Source: Chloroflexota bacterium
GTDB taxonomy: Bacteria > Chloroflexota > Dehalococcoidia > Lucifugimonadales > JADFKI01
NCBI GenBank assembly: GCA_027623195.1
Contig: JAQBUT010000007.1
Span: 1-64,000, forward strand
Direction: 5' to 3'
DNA length: 64,000 bases
The notes under the pieces: model-generated
The model's database searches: none
What the model was told of the DNA's origin: nothing
The model's input: only the letters and a program-made list of their open reading frames with translations
Translations under genes and position numbers: made by a program
Part shown: piece by piece, positions 41,220 to 51,751 of the stretch
Numbering within the stretch: the first letter of the stretch is position 1
Layout: each line of letters begins with the position of its first letter

Positions 41220-41257
41220 ATCGGCCCTGTTATTTATATGATTACAATCTTAGAAGG

Positions 41258-42415
41258 CTAGTTCAGAATACCCAGATCTCTGAGCAGCGCTTGAGTGCCC
41301 TGTAAATCGTCCAAATCCGCCATATCTATGTCGGGCTTGTTAACATCTTCTAACGGCGTCAGGAGCCTGTGGGTTGCCACGCCTTCGATTACCGGATACT
41401 CGAAGGTCTCGTTGGCGAAGTACTGCTGCGCATCCCGCGAGAGCATGTACTTTATGAAGCCCTCGGCAGCGCTCCTATTGGCCGCCGTATCCAGGATGCC
41501 AACGCCCGCCACCATTACCAGGCTGTCAGGCCCTCCTGCGGTTGGATAATAGTTTCGCGCCCCGAAGGTCTCGCCGCTTTCACTTATAAACCTGTACAAG
41601 TAGTAATGGTTAACCAGCCCTGCATCCACTTCTCCCGACTCCGTGGCCGCCACGATAGAAGTATTGTTGGGGTACTCCTTGGTTTCATTGGCCTGCATCC
41701 CCTTCAGCCAGGAGGTGGTCCTCTCCTCGCCCCATATCACCCGCATGGCCGTCACCATTGCCTGGAACGATCCGTTAGTAGGCGCCCACCCCACGCGGCC
41801 CTTCCACTCCTCGGAGGTGAACTTCTCTATGGATGCAGGCAGGTCTGACCTGGTTAGCTCGTCGGTGTTGTACACCACAACCCGCGCCCTGCCGGATATT
41901 CCAACCCATCTACCCTGAGGCGATTCGGCCCAGCTAGGCGCCAGTTCCAGAATATCCTCGGGGAGCTCCGCAAACATCCCGGCCTTATCGATAACGCCCA
42001 AACCACCAGGGTCCTGTGCAAAGAAGATATCTGCCGGCGAATTGTCACCTTCTTCCAGTAGCGTAGCCGCTATCTCAGAGGTGCTGCCGTACTTCACAGC
42101 CACTTCTATGCCGATGGCCGCCTCGAACCGCTCAATAATGGGACCAACTAGGGATTCGCTCCGACCGGAGTAGACTACTATTCTGTCGGAAGAGCCATCC
42201 GATTTGCTGATTTCATCACTCACCGGTCCAGGGTCGCTAATAGCGGGGCCTGGGTCGCTGGTGACTGGGCCGGGAGCGCCGCCTTTCTCATTAGGAGACC
42301 CGCCGCACGCAAAGCCCAATATGCCAACCAACGTAACCACAGTCACCGCTAAAACCAAATGCTTCAGCCTAATTCTCCCCTTCCGGTTTCCCCAATTATG
42401 GTGCACAAGCGCCAA
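41258..42415 (-). CDS. Fe3+ ABC transporter substrate-binding lipoprotein (FbpA/FutA-like)
   Basis: Lipobox LGFAC, VYSGRSE, SPADIF, GRARVVVYN, LVNHYY, ETFEYP. Confidence 0.92.
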   Translation of the reverse strand: MALVHHNWGNRKGRIRLKHLVLAVTVVTLVGILGFACGGSPNEKGGAPGPVTSDPGPAISDPGPVSDEISKSDGSSDRIVVYSGRSESLVGPIIERFEAAIGIEVAVKYGSTSEIAATLLEEGDNSPADIFFAQDPGGLGVIDKAGMFAELPEDILELAPSWAESPQGRWVGISGRARVVVYNTDELTRSDLPASIEKFTSEEWKGRVGWAPTNGSFQAMVTAMRVIWGEERTTSWLKGMQANETKEYPNNTSIVAATESGEVDAGLVNHYYLYRFISESGETFGARNYYPTAGGPDSLVMVAGVGILDTAANRSAAEGFIKYMLSRDAQQYFANETFEYPVIEGVATHRLLTPLEDVNKPDIDMADLDDLQGTQALLRDLGILN

Positions 42416-42443
42416 TATCAGATGATGTTATGTTGCTGCACTA

Positions 42444-42521
42444 AATATAATACTAAGTATGTACTAAGTCAACTTATGCGTCAGTACTAATTTATAAAGG
42501 TGTTATGACTTAATAACACCT
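42444..42521 (-). promoter_or_regulatory. Promoter of iron ABC operon with adjacent inverted repeat
   Basis: Minus strand TTGACT-17 nt-TATATT (42472-42444); AGGTGTTAT-N6-ATAACACCT at 42498-42521. Confidence 0.6.
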
Positions 42522-42748
42522 CTCAATATGAACGTTTGACATGTATGAGTATGGCTTGGATTATCGGACTTGTCCAAGGTCGTATCGGGAGTTCCGCCCA
42601 TATGAATTGACAGGCCAGAACTCGGCAAACTTGACTGTTTGTGCGACAGTCGGTAGACTCGTGTCTGCCCGGTGGCTTCCACTTGCGGCCCGATTGGAAA
42701 GTAGATAGCTCCGCCCCAATGTATTTGTCCAGAAATGGCAGGTCTATC

Positions 42749-44157
42749 GTGAAAAATTCGACCATCTCTATAGCCGTTATATTGGTTACTTTACTACTCA
42801 TTTTCTCCGTCTCTCGAGTCGAGGGAACTTCATTAAATTCCGTTATAGATTTCGAGTCGTTGCCAGATGGCGCATTTGTTTCCGAGGTCGCTTCGGGCCA
42901 TGGCCTAAACGGGAAGAAGTGACGGGTTCCATTTCGATTAGCGCGGTTAATCCTGCCAGGCAGGGCCGTAACGCAGCTATGATTTTCAACGCGGACTGCC
43001 CCGGCAAGTGCACCGGAAACGAAAAAACCTTGAAATCCGGCGAGACTGGCAAGGCATTGATAGCATCAGCGGACTTCGACTCCAACGATCCCGACAGTGC
43101 GGACCTGACTAGCCTGGTCTTCGACTTCGACTTTTCTAAATGGGGCTCTGGCGAGGTAGCCGTGAGAAGTTTCGATCTCATCAACGGCTCAGGTGTCTTC
43201 AAATACGCCAGCAACTCCCCCTCCACCCTGGTTCTGTACACCGGCGGAGAGAACGGCAACATCGTCGCATCCATCGACGTTCCTCTGGATAACCTGCCTG
43301 GCCTAGAGAACCTTTCCGTGGGCGTCGCCGGCGTGGATTTCATGCGGCTAACCATTGACGGACCGGCAGCGCTAGACAACATAGATGTCATACCCACATG
43401 TTCCGGCAGAGCCGCCACGCTAATCGGCACCGACGAAGCCGATGTGCTGAATGGAACACCGGGGCCAGATGTAATCATCGGCCTGGGCGGTAATGACACC
43501 ATTCGAGGCTTCGGAGGAAACGATGTAATCTGCGGGGGGGACGGCAGCGACCGCATATACGGCGACGACGGAAATGACATTATCTTGGGCCAAGGCCTCA
43601 ACGACAACATCTTCGGTGGCAAGGGCAACGACGCTATCGACGGCGGCGACGGCAAAGACACCATAGCTGGCGAGGCAGGCAACGATACGCTGTCCGGTGG
43701 CCCAGACGACGACACCATTCGGGGCGGCGACCACAACGACATAATTAAGGGCGAAGACGGCCAGGACAGCCTTTACGGTGGCGCTGGCAATGACTCCATT
43801 CGCGGTGGTTCCGGCAACGACGACCTGCGAGGAGAGGGAGGTGCCGACTCCTTTTGGGGAGGCGAAGGCTCTGATCGACTTTTCGGAAGTACCGGCGCGG
43901 ACAGGATGTTCGGGGAAGGTGGGCCAGACGTCCTGATCGGAGGCAGTGGCGACGATCGCATCAGTGGCGGCGATGGCAACGATCTCCTCATGGGCGGCGA
44001 CGGAAATGACGATCTCGAGGGCGATCGCGGCAATGACAGCCTGAAGGGCGACCGAGGCGACGACGTTCTCAAAGGCGGACCCGATGACGACGTCGTGGAC
44101 GGCGGATCAGGATACGACAGATGTAGCAGAGGTCCAGACTTCAGAGGTTGCGAGTAA
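42749..44157 (+). pseudogene. Secreted protein with hemolysin-type (RTX) Ca-binding repeats, split near 42911-42922
   Basis: Signal peptide and [10 protein letters not shown] start in one frame, remainder in another; adding one G gives GLNGEEVTGSI; many GGxGxDxL nonapeptides. Confidence 0.75.
43420..44125 (+). repeat. RTX nonapeptide repeat region
   Basis: More than 20 GGxGxDx(I/L)x-type units. Confidence 0.85.
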
Positions 44158-44206
44158 CCCAAACGATCACGTCTACCCTACGAATTTAGGTAATATAGGA
44201 ACATAC

Positions 44207-45379
44207 ATGCGGCCAAATGCTACAGACGCAGACGCGATCCTGGAGAACATCAAGGAAGTCTCCATAAAGTTCGCGCAGGACCAAAAAGAGAGACAGCTAA
44301 GGCGTGAACTTCATCAGGAAGACTTCGACCTCCTGAAGGAGGCGGGGTACAACCTCATGGCGGTTCCCGTGGAACATGGCGGTGCTTACATCGACACCCG
44401 CCAGACCACTCGACCTCTTTCTGAAATGTTGCGCATCCTGGCTCACGGCGATCCCTCTGTAGCTCTCGTGGCATCAATGCACCCGGCGGTCATCAGCACC
44501 TGGCTAGAGGTGCCGGAGGCTCCGGAACCCTACACCAAGGCCTGGGAAGACCAGAGACGCTGGGTGTTCGATACTGCCAAAGAGGGACACTGGTGGGGCA
44601 CGATAATCTCCGAACCAGGCTCCGGCGGTGACCCCTCCAAAAGCAAGGCGAAAGCGGTAAAAGACTCTAACGGTGATGGCTATCGCATTACCGGCCAGAA
44701 GCACTTTGGCAGCGGCTCAGGCATGACGTCTTTTATGATCACGCTGGCTTTGGCCGAGGGGGAGAATGCCCCCGACAATTTCATATTCGACATGCGTGGA
44801 GTGCCTTGGGACGGCTCTACCGGAGCCAAGCTTATAGCTCCGTGGGACGGTCATGGCATGACGGCTACGCAGAGTCACGGTATGGAGTTCAAGAAAATGC
44901 CTGCAACCCGAGCAGCGTGGCCGGACAATCCCGCACGAAATAAGGTCCGCCAGAGCACTGGCAGGCCAGGCGGACACACCTTTACCAGCGTCATAGTCGG
45001 TGTGATAGAGACGGCTATCGAAACCGCCAGGGCACAGCTTGAAAGCCGACGGGACTCCATGAAGCCCTTTGAACAGGTGGAGTGGGCCAGGATTGAAATG
45101 GAAGGCTGGCTCATTCAGCAAGCGTACGAAGGGGTGCTTCGCGAAGTCGAATCCGGCGCCGACGCGTCCAGAAGCGCCCTGCTTTGCAAAGAATCGGTGG
45201 CCGAGTTGGCGGAGTCGGTAATGCTCAGAATACCCAAGGTATTGGGCGGCAGGGCATATTCGCGAAGCCAGCCATACGGCTTCTGGTTGGAAGATGTACG
45301 CGCCCTGGGATTCCTGCGGCCGCCGTGGGGGTTCGCCTTCGACAGGATAATAAACGGCGCGTGGTCATCCCGCCTCTAA
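44207..45379 (+). CDS. Acyl-CoA dehydrogenase family protein
   Basis: VPVEHGG, LAHGDPSVALVASMH, SEPGSGG, ITGQKHFGSG, WDGHGMTATQS. Confidence 0.88.
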   Translation: MRPNATDADAILENIKEVSIKFAQDQKERQLRRELHQEDFDLLKEAGYNLMAVPVEHGGAYIDTRQTTRPLSEMLRILAHGDPSVALVASMHPAVISTWLEVPEAPEPYTKAWEDQRRWVFDTAKEGHWWGTIISEPGSGGDPSKSKAKAVKDSNGDGYRITGQKHFGSGSGMTSFMITLALAEGENAPDNFIFDMRGVPWDGSTGAKLIAPWDGHGMTATQSHGMEFKKMPATRAAWPDNPARNKVRQSTGRPGGHTFTSVIVGVIETAIETARAQLESRRDSMKPFEQVEWARIEMEGWLIQQAYEGVLREVESGADASRSALLCKESVAELAESVMLRIPKVLGGRAYSRSQPYGFWLEDVRALGFLRPPWGFAFDRIINGAWSSRL

Positions 45380-45401
45380 TGCACGCGTATCACCTCGCGA
45401 T

Positions 45402-46613
45402 ATGAACCTCGTTCTCACTAACGCCAACGTTATTGACGGCGTTAACCCTACCGTCGTTTCCAAGGCCAGCGTCACTGTCGAGAACGGTCGCATCGTTGAG
45501 ATTCTGGACGGCACTCGCTCTCCCGACACAAGCAACGCTCGTGTCGTTGACCTCCAGGGCTCATACCTCTTGCCTGGACTGTGGGATGTACACGTACACC
45601 CCGAATACCCAGTGCCACCCGGCACAACCGTCGCTCAGCAGACGGCAGCATTCGGGGCAGCGTTGTCCGAGGCTTTAACGGAAGGCGGAATCACCGGGGT
45701 TCGAAGCGGCGGAGCGGCGCACTTTATGGATGTGGCCTGGCGACGCATCTTCGATTCCGGCAGATTAGCTGGGCCACGAGTTTTCGCCAGCGGGTACTTT
45801 CTCACGACTACTGGCGGCCACTTCCTTACGTCAGGACAGGCCCGAGAGTGCGACGGCCCCTACGGCTTCGTTCAAGCCATCCGCGAGCAGATTAAGAACG
45901 AGGTCAATCACATAAAGCTAAACCTGACGGGCGGTATTATGGGCCCGTTCTGGGACAGACACTGGCACTCCTTCTTTCTGAAGGACGAGCTAGAGGCCGC
46001 ATTTGAACTCTGCCACCAGCGCGAATACAAGGTGATGGCCCACGCCGCCAACCCTGACGCTGTGAAACAGGCGCTACGCCTTGGCGCGCACACCGTCGAG
46101 CACGGCTACATCATGGACAACGAGTGCATTACGCAGTTTCAGGCGGGGGAAACCTGGTACGTCCCTACCCTGGCCATTTCCCACCTAACGCCAGAGCAGG
46201 CAACCAACCAGTGGGAACGTGATTGGGTCGAGTCCCGCCAGACGCCGCCAGACCTGTTGGCCCGTGCAGACGAAGCCTCCGACGAGCACCGCAAGTGGTT
46301 CCGGGCGGCATTGGACGCTGGTGTGAAGATGGCGCTGGGCTCAGACATTCGGCCTCTCAAAGAGGCGGCGCTGTTGGAGATGGGCCTTTGGGTTCGTGAC
46401 GGGGCAACCCCCTGGCAGGCTCTTCAGGCCGCCACGACTAACGCCGCCCAGCTTTGCGGCGTTGGGGATGACCTCGGCACCATTGAGATCGGCAAGCTGG
46501 CGGATATGATTGTGGTGTCTGCGAACCCGCTGGATGACATAGCCAATATTCGCAAGCTGGAGCTCGTTCTCAAAGAGGGTCGCATCGTTTCGGATAAGCG
46601 AAAGCTCTCCTAG
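45402..46613 (+). CDS. Amidohydrolase family protein
   Basis: LLPGLWDVHVH, VMAHA, TVEHG, ALGSD, GTIEIGKLAD. Confidence 0.92.
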   Translation: MNLVLTNANVIDGVNPTVVSKASVTVENGRIVEILDGTRSPDTSNARVVDLQGSYLLPGLWDVHVHPEYPVPPGTTVAQQTAAFGAALSEALTEGGITGVRSGGAAHFMDVAWRRIFDSGRLAGPRVFASGYFLTTTGGHFLTSGQARECDGPYGFVQAIREQIKNEVNHIKLNLTGGIMGPFWDRHWHSFFLKDELEAAFELCHQREYKVMAHAANPDAVKQALRLGAHTVEHGYIMDNECITQFQAGETWYVPTLAISHLTPEQATNQWERDWVESRQTPPDLLARADEASDEHRKWFRAALDAGVKMALGSDIRPLKEAALLEMGLWVRDGATPWQALQAATTNAAQLCGVGDDLGTIEIGKLADMIVVSANPLDDIANIRKLELVLKEGRIVSDKRKLS

Positions 46614-46622
46614 GTCCATCTG

Positions 46623-48044
46623 CTACAACTGGCCACAAAGCCTAAGCAGCGTCCTGATCCACGTAGGCAGGCCAACCTCAACCTCCCAACGGGCGTCCTC
46701 TGCGATGTTGTTCAGAATCCACATGTAGCTCATGGCCTGGTGAAGCGCCCCCAGGGGCTTCGCAGCATCGTATGCCTGCACCAACCTGTCCATGGGTTCG
46801 TGCTTCGCCCAGGGCTCCAGGTAGGCATCCCTGAGCCGGTCGCCAACCGATTTGTTACCCTGAAAATGGTTATCGTCGAAAACGGTGTTGGCCATGGTGG
46901 CCATGTCGAAGAACGGGTGCGAAATACAGGCGTCGGTCCAGTCGAAAAAGACGAAATCGCCGTCGTCCTTGGCAAGAATATTCCCACCCAGGTCTCCATG
47001 AACTAGCGAGTGCGGGATTCTGAAGTCCGCCAGTTGAGCGCACATGAATTTAAGACGCATGGACAGGCCCTGTAATGCCTGGACCTCCTCATCGGAAAGG
47101 CCTTGCGCCCTGCCTGCCAGCATCCTGGACGAGACGGTGATTAGAGGGTCTATAAGGTCTACCATGCGCCGAATGGACCTGTCCGGCATACCCATCTGCA
47201 ACCACAAACCCGTTCTCTCGGCCTGCTCTACCTGCATTATGGCGTGCCTGCGGACCGCCTCCTCCCACCTTTCGATGTCAGGGACATCCACCAGCAGTTT
47301 GCCTCCGAAGTCGGGCATCAAAAGCCAACCTCGATCCTTATCTGAAGCGAGAGGAGCCGACACCATCGCAGGGTACTCCCTGGCTATGGCATCCATGGCT
47401 ACACCCTCTTGCGCCATGAAAGGTGGAACCGCTTTAAAGTAGACGTCGCCCGTGGAGGTTGGGGTGCGAATGATAGACGACAACGCCCAGGACCTGACCT
47501 GCCGAGAGGGTCCGGTGCGAACAACGCTTTGGACCGCAAGCGCTTCGTCTATCCAAACTATGGCAGGGTCCCACCAACCAGCGGCGTACCAGGCTGCTCC
47601 CAGCTCTGGCGACGACGTTACTCCTTCCACCCAGGCGTTTAGGGCCATCCTGTCGTCCACGTGCGACAACGCAAGGTCAGCCAATTGTTGCGGCTCAGCC
47701 CACATCGCGCCCTTTGGTATTTCGTCTCCCAAGCCATGAAGCTCCACGGCATATGCCCGTATAAAGCCTTTGCTGTCACTGCCCTCACGCTGAAACAAGC
47801 ACCGAAGCAAGCTCGTCTCTAACCCGAACTGCTCTGCCATGGCCTTGTTTACGGGAGGCGCCGAGCGTATTCCAGCATCCTGGAAGACGGGCCTGGGAAG
47901 ATTCCAGCCGTTGTCGTTCGGCAGAAGCAGTGCCTCGTAACGCCGACTGTCGGGGTGGCCGGTTGCACGAGTAACGACGGCGAGATGCTGAAGGGGCATC
48001 TCGCCGTTGGTATTACCAGATGTATGGGAAACAGGAGTCGCCAA
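46623..48044 (-). CDS. APH-like phosphotransferase family protein
   Basis: VYFKA, LLMPDFG, LVHGDLGGNI, FFDWTDA. Confidence 0.78.
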   Translation of the reverse strand: MATPVSHTSGNTNGEMPLQHLAVVTRATGHPDSRRYEALLLPNDNGWNLPRPVFQDAGIRSAPPVNKAMAEQFGLETSLLRCLFQREGSDSKGFIRAYAVELHGLGDEIPKGAMWAEPQQLADLALSHVDDRMALNAWVEGVTSSPELGAAWYAAGWWDPAIVWIDEALAVQSVVRTGPSRQVRSWALSSIIRTPTSTGDVYFKAVPPFMAQEGVAMDAIAREYPAMVSAPLASDKDRGWLLMPDFGGKLLVDVPDIERWEEAVRRHAIMQVEQAERTGLWLQMGMPDRSIRRMVDLIDPLITVSSRMLAGRAQGLSDEEVQALQGLSMRLKFMCAQLADFRIPHSLVHGDLGGNILAKDDGDFVFFDWTDACISHPFFDMATMANTVFDDNHFQGNKSVGDRLRDAYLEPWAKHEPMDRLVQAYDAAKPLGALHQAMSYMWILNNIAEDARWEVEVGLPTWIRTLLRLCGQL

Positions 48045-49694
48045 TTAAGCGAAGCCGCCCCGGTGGGAAAACTCGGCCTCTTCATTGGTAATGAACTCCA
48101 ACAGGGCCGCCTGCCCGTTCTCGGTGGCATTTCGCGCCCGCTGAATTGCAGCGGCGACGTCGTTAGGGTCCTCAACGCGTTCGGCCCAGCCGCCCATCGC
48201 ACGACCGAGGTCGGCGTAGTGGCCACCCAGGTCGCGGGTGCCGTAAAGCTCGTGGGAGGACGCCATGTGGGGAATCTCGATGGCCATGGTGGAGTTGTTG
48301 AACACAACGGTCAATATGGGGATGTTGGCACGAACCGCCGTCTCGAAATCCAGGCCGGCCATTCCAAACGCGGCGTCACCCATAAAGTTCACGACAAACT
48401 TACTGGGGTCGGCCAGCTTCGCACCAATATTCAGTCCAAGGCCCGTTCCCAAACCGTGGGACTTGCCCCAGCCCAGGTAAGTGCGCGGACCGCCCGCCTG
48501 ATAAAAAGGCATTATCTGGTCGCGGGGGCTGCCGGAATCGTGGGTCACGATGGCTTCGTTAGGATCGACGGCCTGCATGAACTCCCAAATTACCCTGTAC
48601 GGCGTCATGGGGGTCTGGTTCGATGTCAGCTTTGGCATCCACTCGTTCAGCCACTCCTGTCGTATGCTGGCGATCTCACCAGCTACGGTGTTGGTGGTCC
48701 TGTGCCTCGTACTCAGAAGGTCCTTGCAGGCATCGATGAACTGACGCAGAACCAGCTTGGCATCACCAATTATCGGGTAGTCAACGACGTAGTTCTTGTC
48801 GATATCAATGGGGTCGTTGGTGGCGTGAATGATCGTCTTCCTGCCTGGAATTGGCATGACCATGCCGTGCTTGGTAAGGCTGGTGCCGATTGCCAAAACA
48901 ACGTCGGATTTCACGACGAACTGGTAGCAGGCGCGATTCATGACGCCGGAGCCGCTGCCCAAAGACAGGGGGTGCTTCTCTGGAAAGCCGCTCTTACCGG
49001 CCATGGTGGTCACTACTGGCACCTGCAGCAGTTCGGCCAGCTCCACAAGATCATCGGAGGCCTCGGCGTACATAACACCCTGCCCAGCCAGGATGATGGG
49101 GTTAGCAGCTTCCAGCAGAGCCTTGGCGGCGTCCATTACGTCCTGAGGGTTGCCCTCGGCGGCCGTGACCTTAACGGGGGTGTACGAATTTACGACCGAA
49201 GCGTCCACCTCAGCGTTGGCAATGTCGGCCGGTATCTCCACCATGACGGGGCCCGGCCTACCTCGCTTGAGGGCGGCGAATGCGCGTCGCATGGTGTCCA
49301 CCACGCGGTCCGGGGAATTGAGTTGCTCGATGTACTTGGTGACGTCGGCGTAGCTTTTCATAGAACTAAAGTGGGGATAGACGTCTTGTCGGTCCATAGG
49401 ATGACCTAGAGGCAGCAACAGCATGGGCACGCCATCAGAAAAGGCCGTGGCCACGCCTGCGAAGGCGTTTTCCGCGCCGGGGCCGTACTGCATTGCGAAA
49501 ACGCCGGGCGGCTTACCGTTCTTCACTCTGGCGTAGCCGTCGCCGATGCCCACGCCCACACGCTCCTGTCGGCAGATAATGGGGCGTATGCCAATCTCGG
49601 CGGCGGCCTCTATGACGGGCGTGGTGGGGAACGCGCTCAGGTATTCGATACCCTCTTGCTTCATGATTTGGGCGATGGCGTCGATGGTTCTCAT
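48045..49694 (-). CDS. Thiamine pyrophosphate-requiring enzyme (acetolactate synthase-like)
   Basis: CRQERVG, QYGPGAEN, GRPGPV, MGDAAFGM...NN. Confidence 0.92.
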   Translation of the reverse strand: MRTIDAIAQIMKQEGIEYLSAFPTTPVIEAAAEIGIRPIICRQERVGVGIGDGYARVKNGKPPGVFAMQYGPGAENAFAGVATAFSDGVPMLLLPLGHPMDRQDVYPHFSSMKSYADVTKYIEQLNSPDRVVDTMRRAFAALKRGRPGPVMVEIPADIANAEVDASVVNSYTPVKVTAAEGNPQDVMDAAKALLEAANPIILAGQGVMYAEASDDLVELAELLQVPVVTTMAGKSGFPEKHPLSLGSGSGVMNRACYQFVVKSDVVLAIGTSLTKHGMVMPIPGRKTIIHATNDPIDIDKNYVVDYPIIGDAKLVLRQFIDACKDLLSTRHRTTNTVAGEIASIRQEWLNEWMPKLTSNQTPMTPYRVIWEFMQAVDPNEAIVTHDSGSPRDQIMPFYQAGGPRTYLGWGKSHGLGTGLGLNIGAKLADPSKFVVNFMGDAAFGMAGLDFETAVRANIPILTVVFNNSTMAIEIPHMASSHELYGTRDLGGHYADLGRAMGGWAERVEDPNDVAAAIQRARNATENGQAALLEFITNEEAEFSHRGGFA

Positions 49695-49887
49695 GGGGTG
49701 TCCTCCCTGTTGGTGGTTTTTTAGCTATATGACTAGATGAGGGGAATATAGCACATGGGCCGGTGGCGGGTCATCAATCTGTGGAAGGCTACCGCACCTG
49801 ACAAAATCTGCTGAGATGGCATCATTCGAGGTACGTTTTGCTTGGGGCACCCCAGTAAGACGATTCAAACTGATTCGGAGTTGCAAT

Positions 49888-50542
49888 TTGACGGAAGCAT
49901 ACTGCGCAATTGCGGCACCCAGGTTCTGGAAGGCTCAAGGTTCTGCGCCTCTTGCGGACAAAACCTGGATGGTTCGGAGAAGACACTTGCGAACATCATT
50001 CCGATCGAGCGCGTAATTTTGATGACTGTGCTCTCCGGCGGGTCATATGCCTTCTACTGGTACTACATAACCTGGAAGCAATATCGGAATCACAGTGAAC
50101 AGAGAGCTTTCCCGGTCTGGCATTCGTTAACTTTATTAGTCCCAATTTATGGCCTTTTTCGGACGCACGCTCACATGAGAACTTATCAAGAGCTCATGGA
50201 CCGGCGGAACTTGGCGAACACGATCAACCCATCCATAGCGGTTGGTGTTGTGTTCGCAGTAGGAGTCCTGATTGGCGTCAGCTTTGCATTGTCGCTTTTT
50301 ATGATCAGCGAAAAATTGGGCGCTATGCTGCTTGTGATCAACGTGATATCTACCGGGATACTATTATGGCTAGTGTCCACGAATCAGGAAAACCTAAATA
50401 GGTATTGGGGGAAAGTTTTTTCCTTTCGACCGCCATCGCCAAGATTGGTGTGGGGGAACTAATCCTGACTGTGATCGGTATTCTGGGTTGGCTAGATTCC
50501 ATTGCTACCGCACTCAGCGGTTCGTACAGGGCTTTCTTTTAG
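49888..50542 (+). pseudogene. Zinc-ribbon membrane protein with two apparent frameshifts (about 49907 and 50416-50426)
   Basis: TTG after GGAG; YC|NCG...FCASCG needs a frame change; last TM (AKIGVGELILTVIGILGW) lies in another frame. Confidence 0.65.
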
Positions 50543-50547
50543 CAAAT

Positions 50548-51561
50548 CTATTCCGCCGACACCCTCACCAGCAGCTTCCCAAAATTCTCGCCGCGCATCA
50601 TGCCTATGAACGCGGCGGGGGCGTTTTCGATGCCTTCTACAACGTCCTCTTTGTACTTGATCTTACCTTCGCGAATCCAGGCGGCGAGGCGCCGCCTGGC
50701 CTCATCGTGGTGCTGGCTAAACTGAAAGACCAAAAAACCCTCCATGCGGGCCTGGTGTGTCGTAAGCAGAAGCACGTTACGCGGCCCCATCGCCGGCTCG
50801 GCCAGGTTGTACTGCGAAATCTGACCGCAGATAGCAATCCGCGCGAAGTCGGCCAGGTTCTCCATGACAGCGTCCGTAATATCTCCGCCCACGTTGTCGA
50901 AGTAAACGTCGATTCCCAGAGGACATACCGAGGCCAACTCGGCCCGGACGTCTTGTGTCTTGTAGTTGATGCCCACGTCGAAACCCAGGTCGTTAACGAT
51001 GTAGTCGATCTTCTCTTGAGTTCCGGCGATGCCTACCACCCGACAGCCCATAATCTTGGCGATCTGCCCCACTATCTGCCCCACCGCGCCTGACGCTGCC
51101 GATACCACAACTGTATCGCCGGGCTTGGGCTCGCAGACGCTCAGCAGGCCAAAGTAAGCCGTCATGCCGGGCATACCTAAAATCCCCAGCGCCGTCTGGA
51201 GAGGCCCCAGGGCGGAGTCCACTCGACGTAGGTTGCGCCCATCGGACGTGGCGTACTCTTGCCAGCCTAGCGGCCCTTCCACCAGTTCGCCCACAGCAAA
51301 CGCCGGAGTCCTCGACACCACCACGCGACCAACGACTCCCCCAACGATAACGTTGCCCAGTTGCACCGACGGCGCGTAGGACTGTACGTCCCGCATGCGA
51401 CCGCGCATGTACGGATCCAGCGAAAGCCATATGACTTTTATCAGCACCTCACCTTCTCGCGGCTGAGGAATATGCTCCTCCACCAACTCAAAGTCCGACA
51501 TTTCTGGATAGGCTGCCGGGCGAGACTTTAGGGTGATTTTTCGATTGGATTCCTGCGTCAT
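50548..51561 (-). CDS. NADP-dependent oxidoreductase (CurA/prostaglandin reductase-like MDR)
   Basis: LSLDPYMRGRM, GMPGMTAYFGL, SAASGAVG, YFDNVGG, GENFGK. Confidence 0.93.
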   Translation of the reverse strand: MTQESNRKITLKSRPAAYPEMSDFELVEEHIPQPREGEVLIKVIWLSLDPYMRGRMRDVQSYAPSVQLGNVIVGGVVGRVVVSRTPAFAVGELVEGPLGWQEYATSDGRNLRRVDSALGPLQTALGILGMPGMTAYFGLLSVCEPKPGDTVVVSAASGAVGQIVGQIAKIMGCRVVGIAGTQEKIDYIVNDLGFDVGINYKTQDVRAELASVCPLGIDVYFDNVGGDITDAVMENLADFARIAICGQISQYNLAEPAMGPRNVLLLTTHQARMEGFLVFQFSQHHDEARRRLAAWIREGKIKYKEDVVEGIENAPAAFIGMMRGENFGKLLVRVSAE

Positions 51562-51751
51562 TCTTCCCCATTAATTGCTGGCTTTGCGATCATAACCTGG
51601 AACATCATAGACCTTGGGCCTCCCCCTGTCGAACGAGTGTTGTCAGGGGAGCATGGTGGTCGCTTGACTGCGAATACCGCCCACAATACCATGCCGCCAT
51701 CACCCGTATTGATGCATCGCCAATCACACAATACCTGTAAGGAGAGCCCGC

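Noticed and set aside
42919..42922. GTGA overlap read as two translationally coupled genes
   Set aside because: Upstream ORF is only a signal peptide plus the start of a domain that continues downstream; a frameshift is more parsimonious, though not proven
42843..43742. 299-aa minus-strand Ser/Pro-rich ORF, and similar ORFs at 15281-16756 and 62475-62999
   Set aside because: Antisense translations of RTX or Thr/Pro repeats
47955..49409. 484-aa plus-strand ORF
   Set aside because: Antisense shadow of the TPP enzyme gene; no motifs
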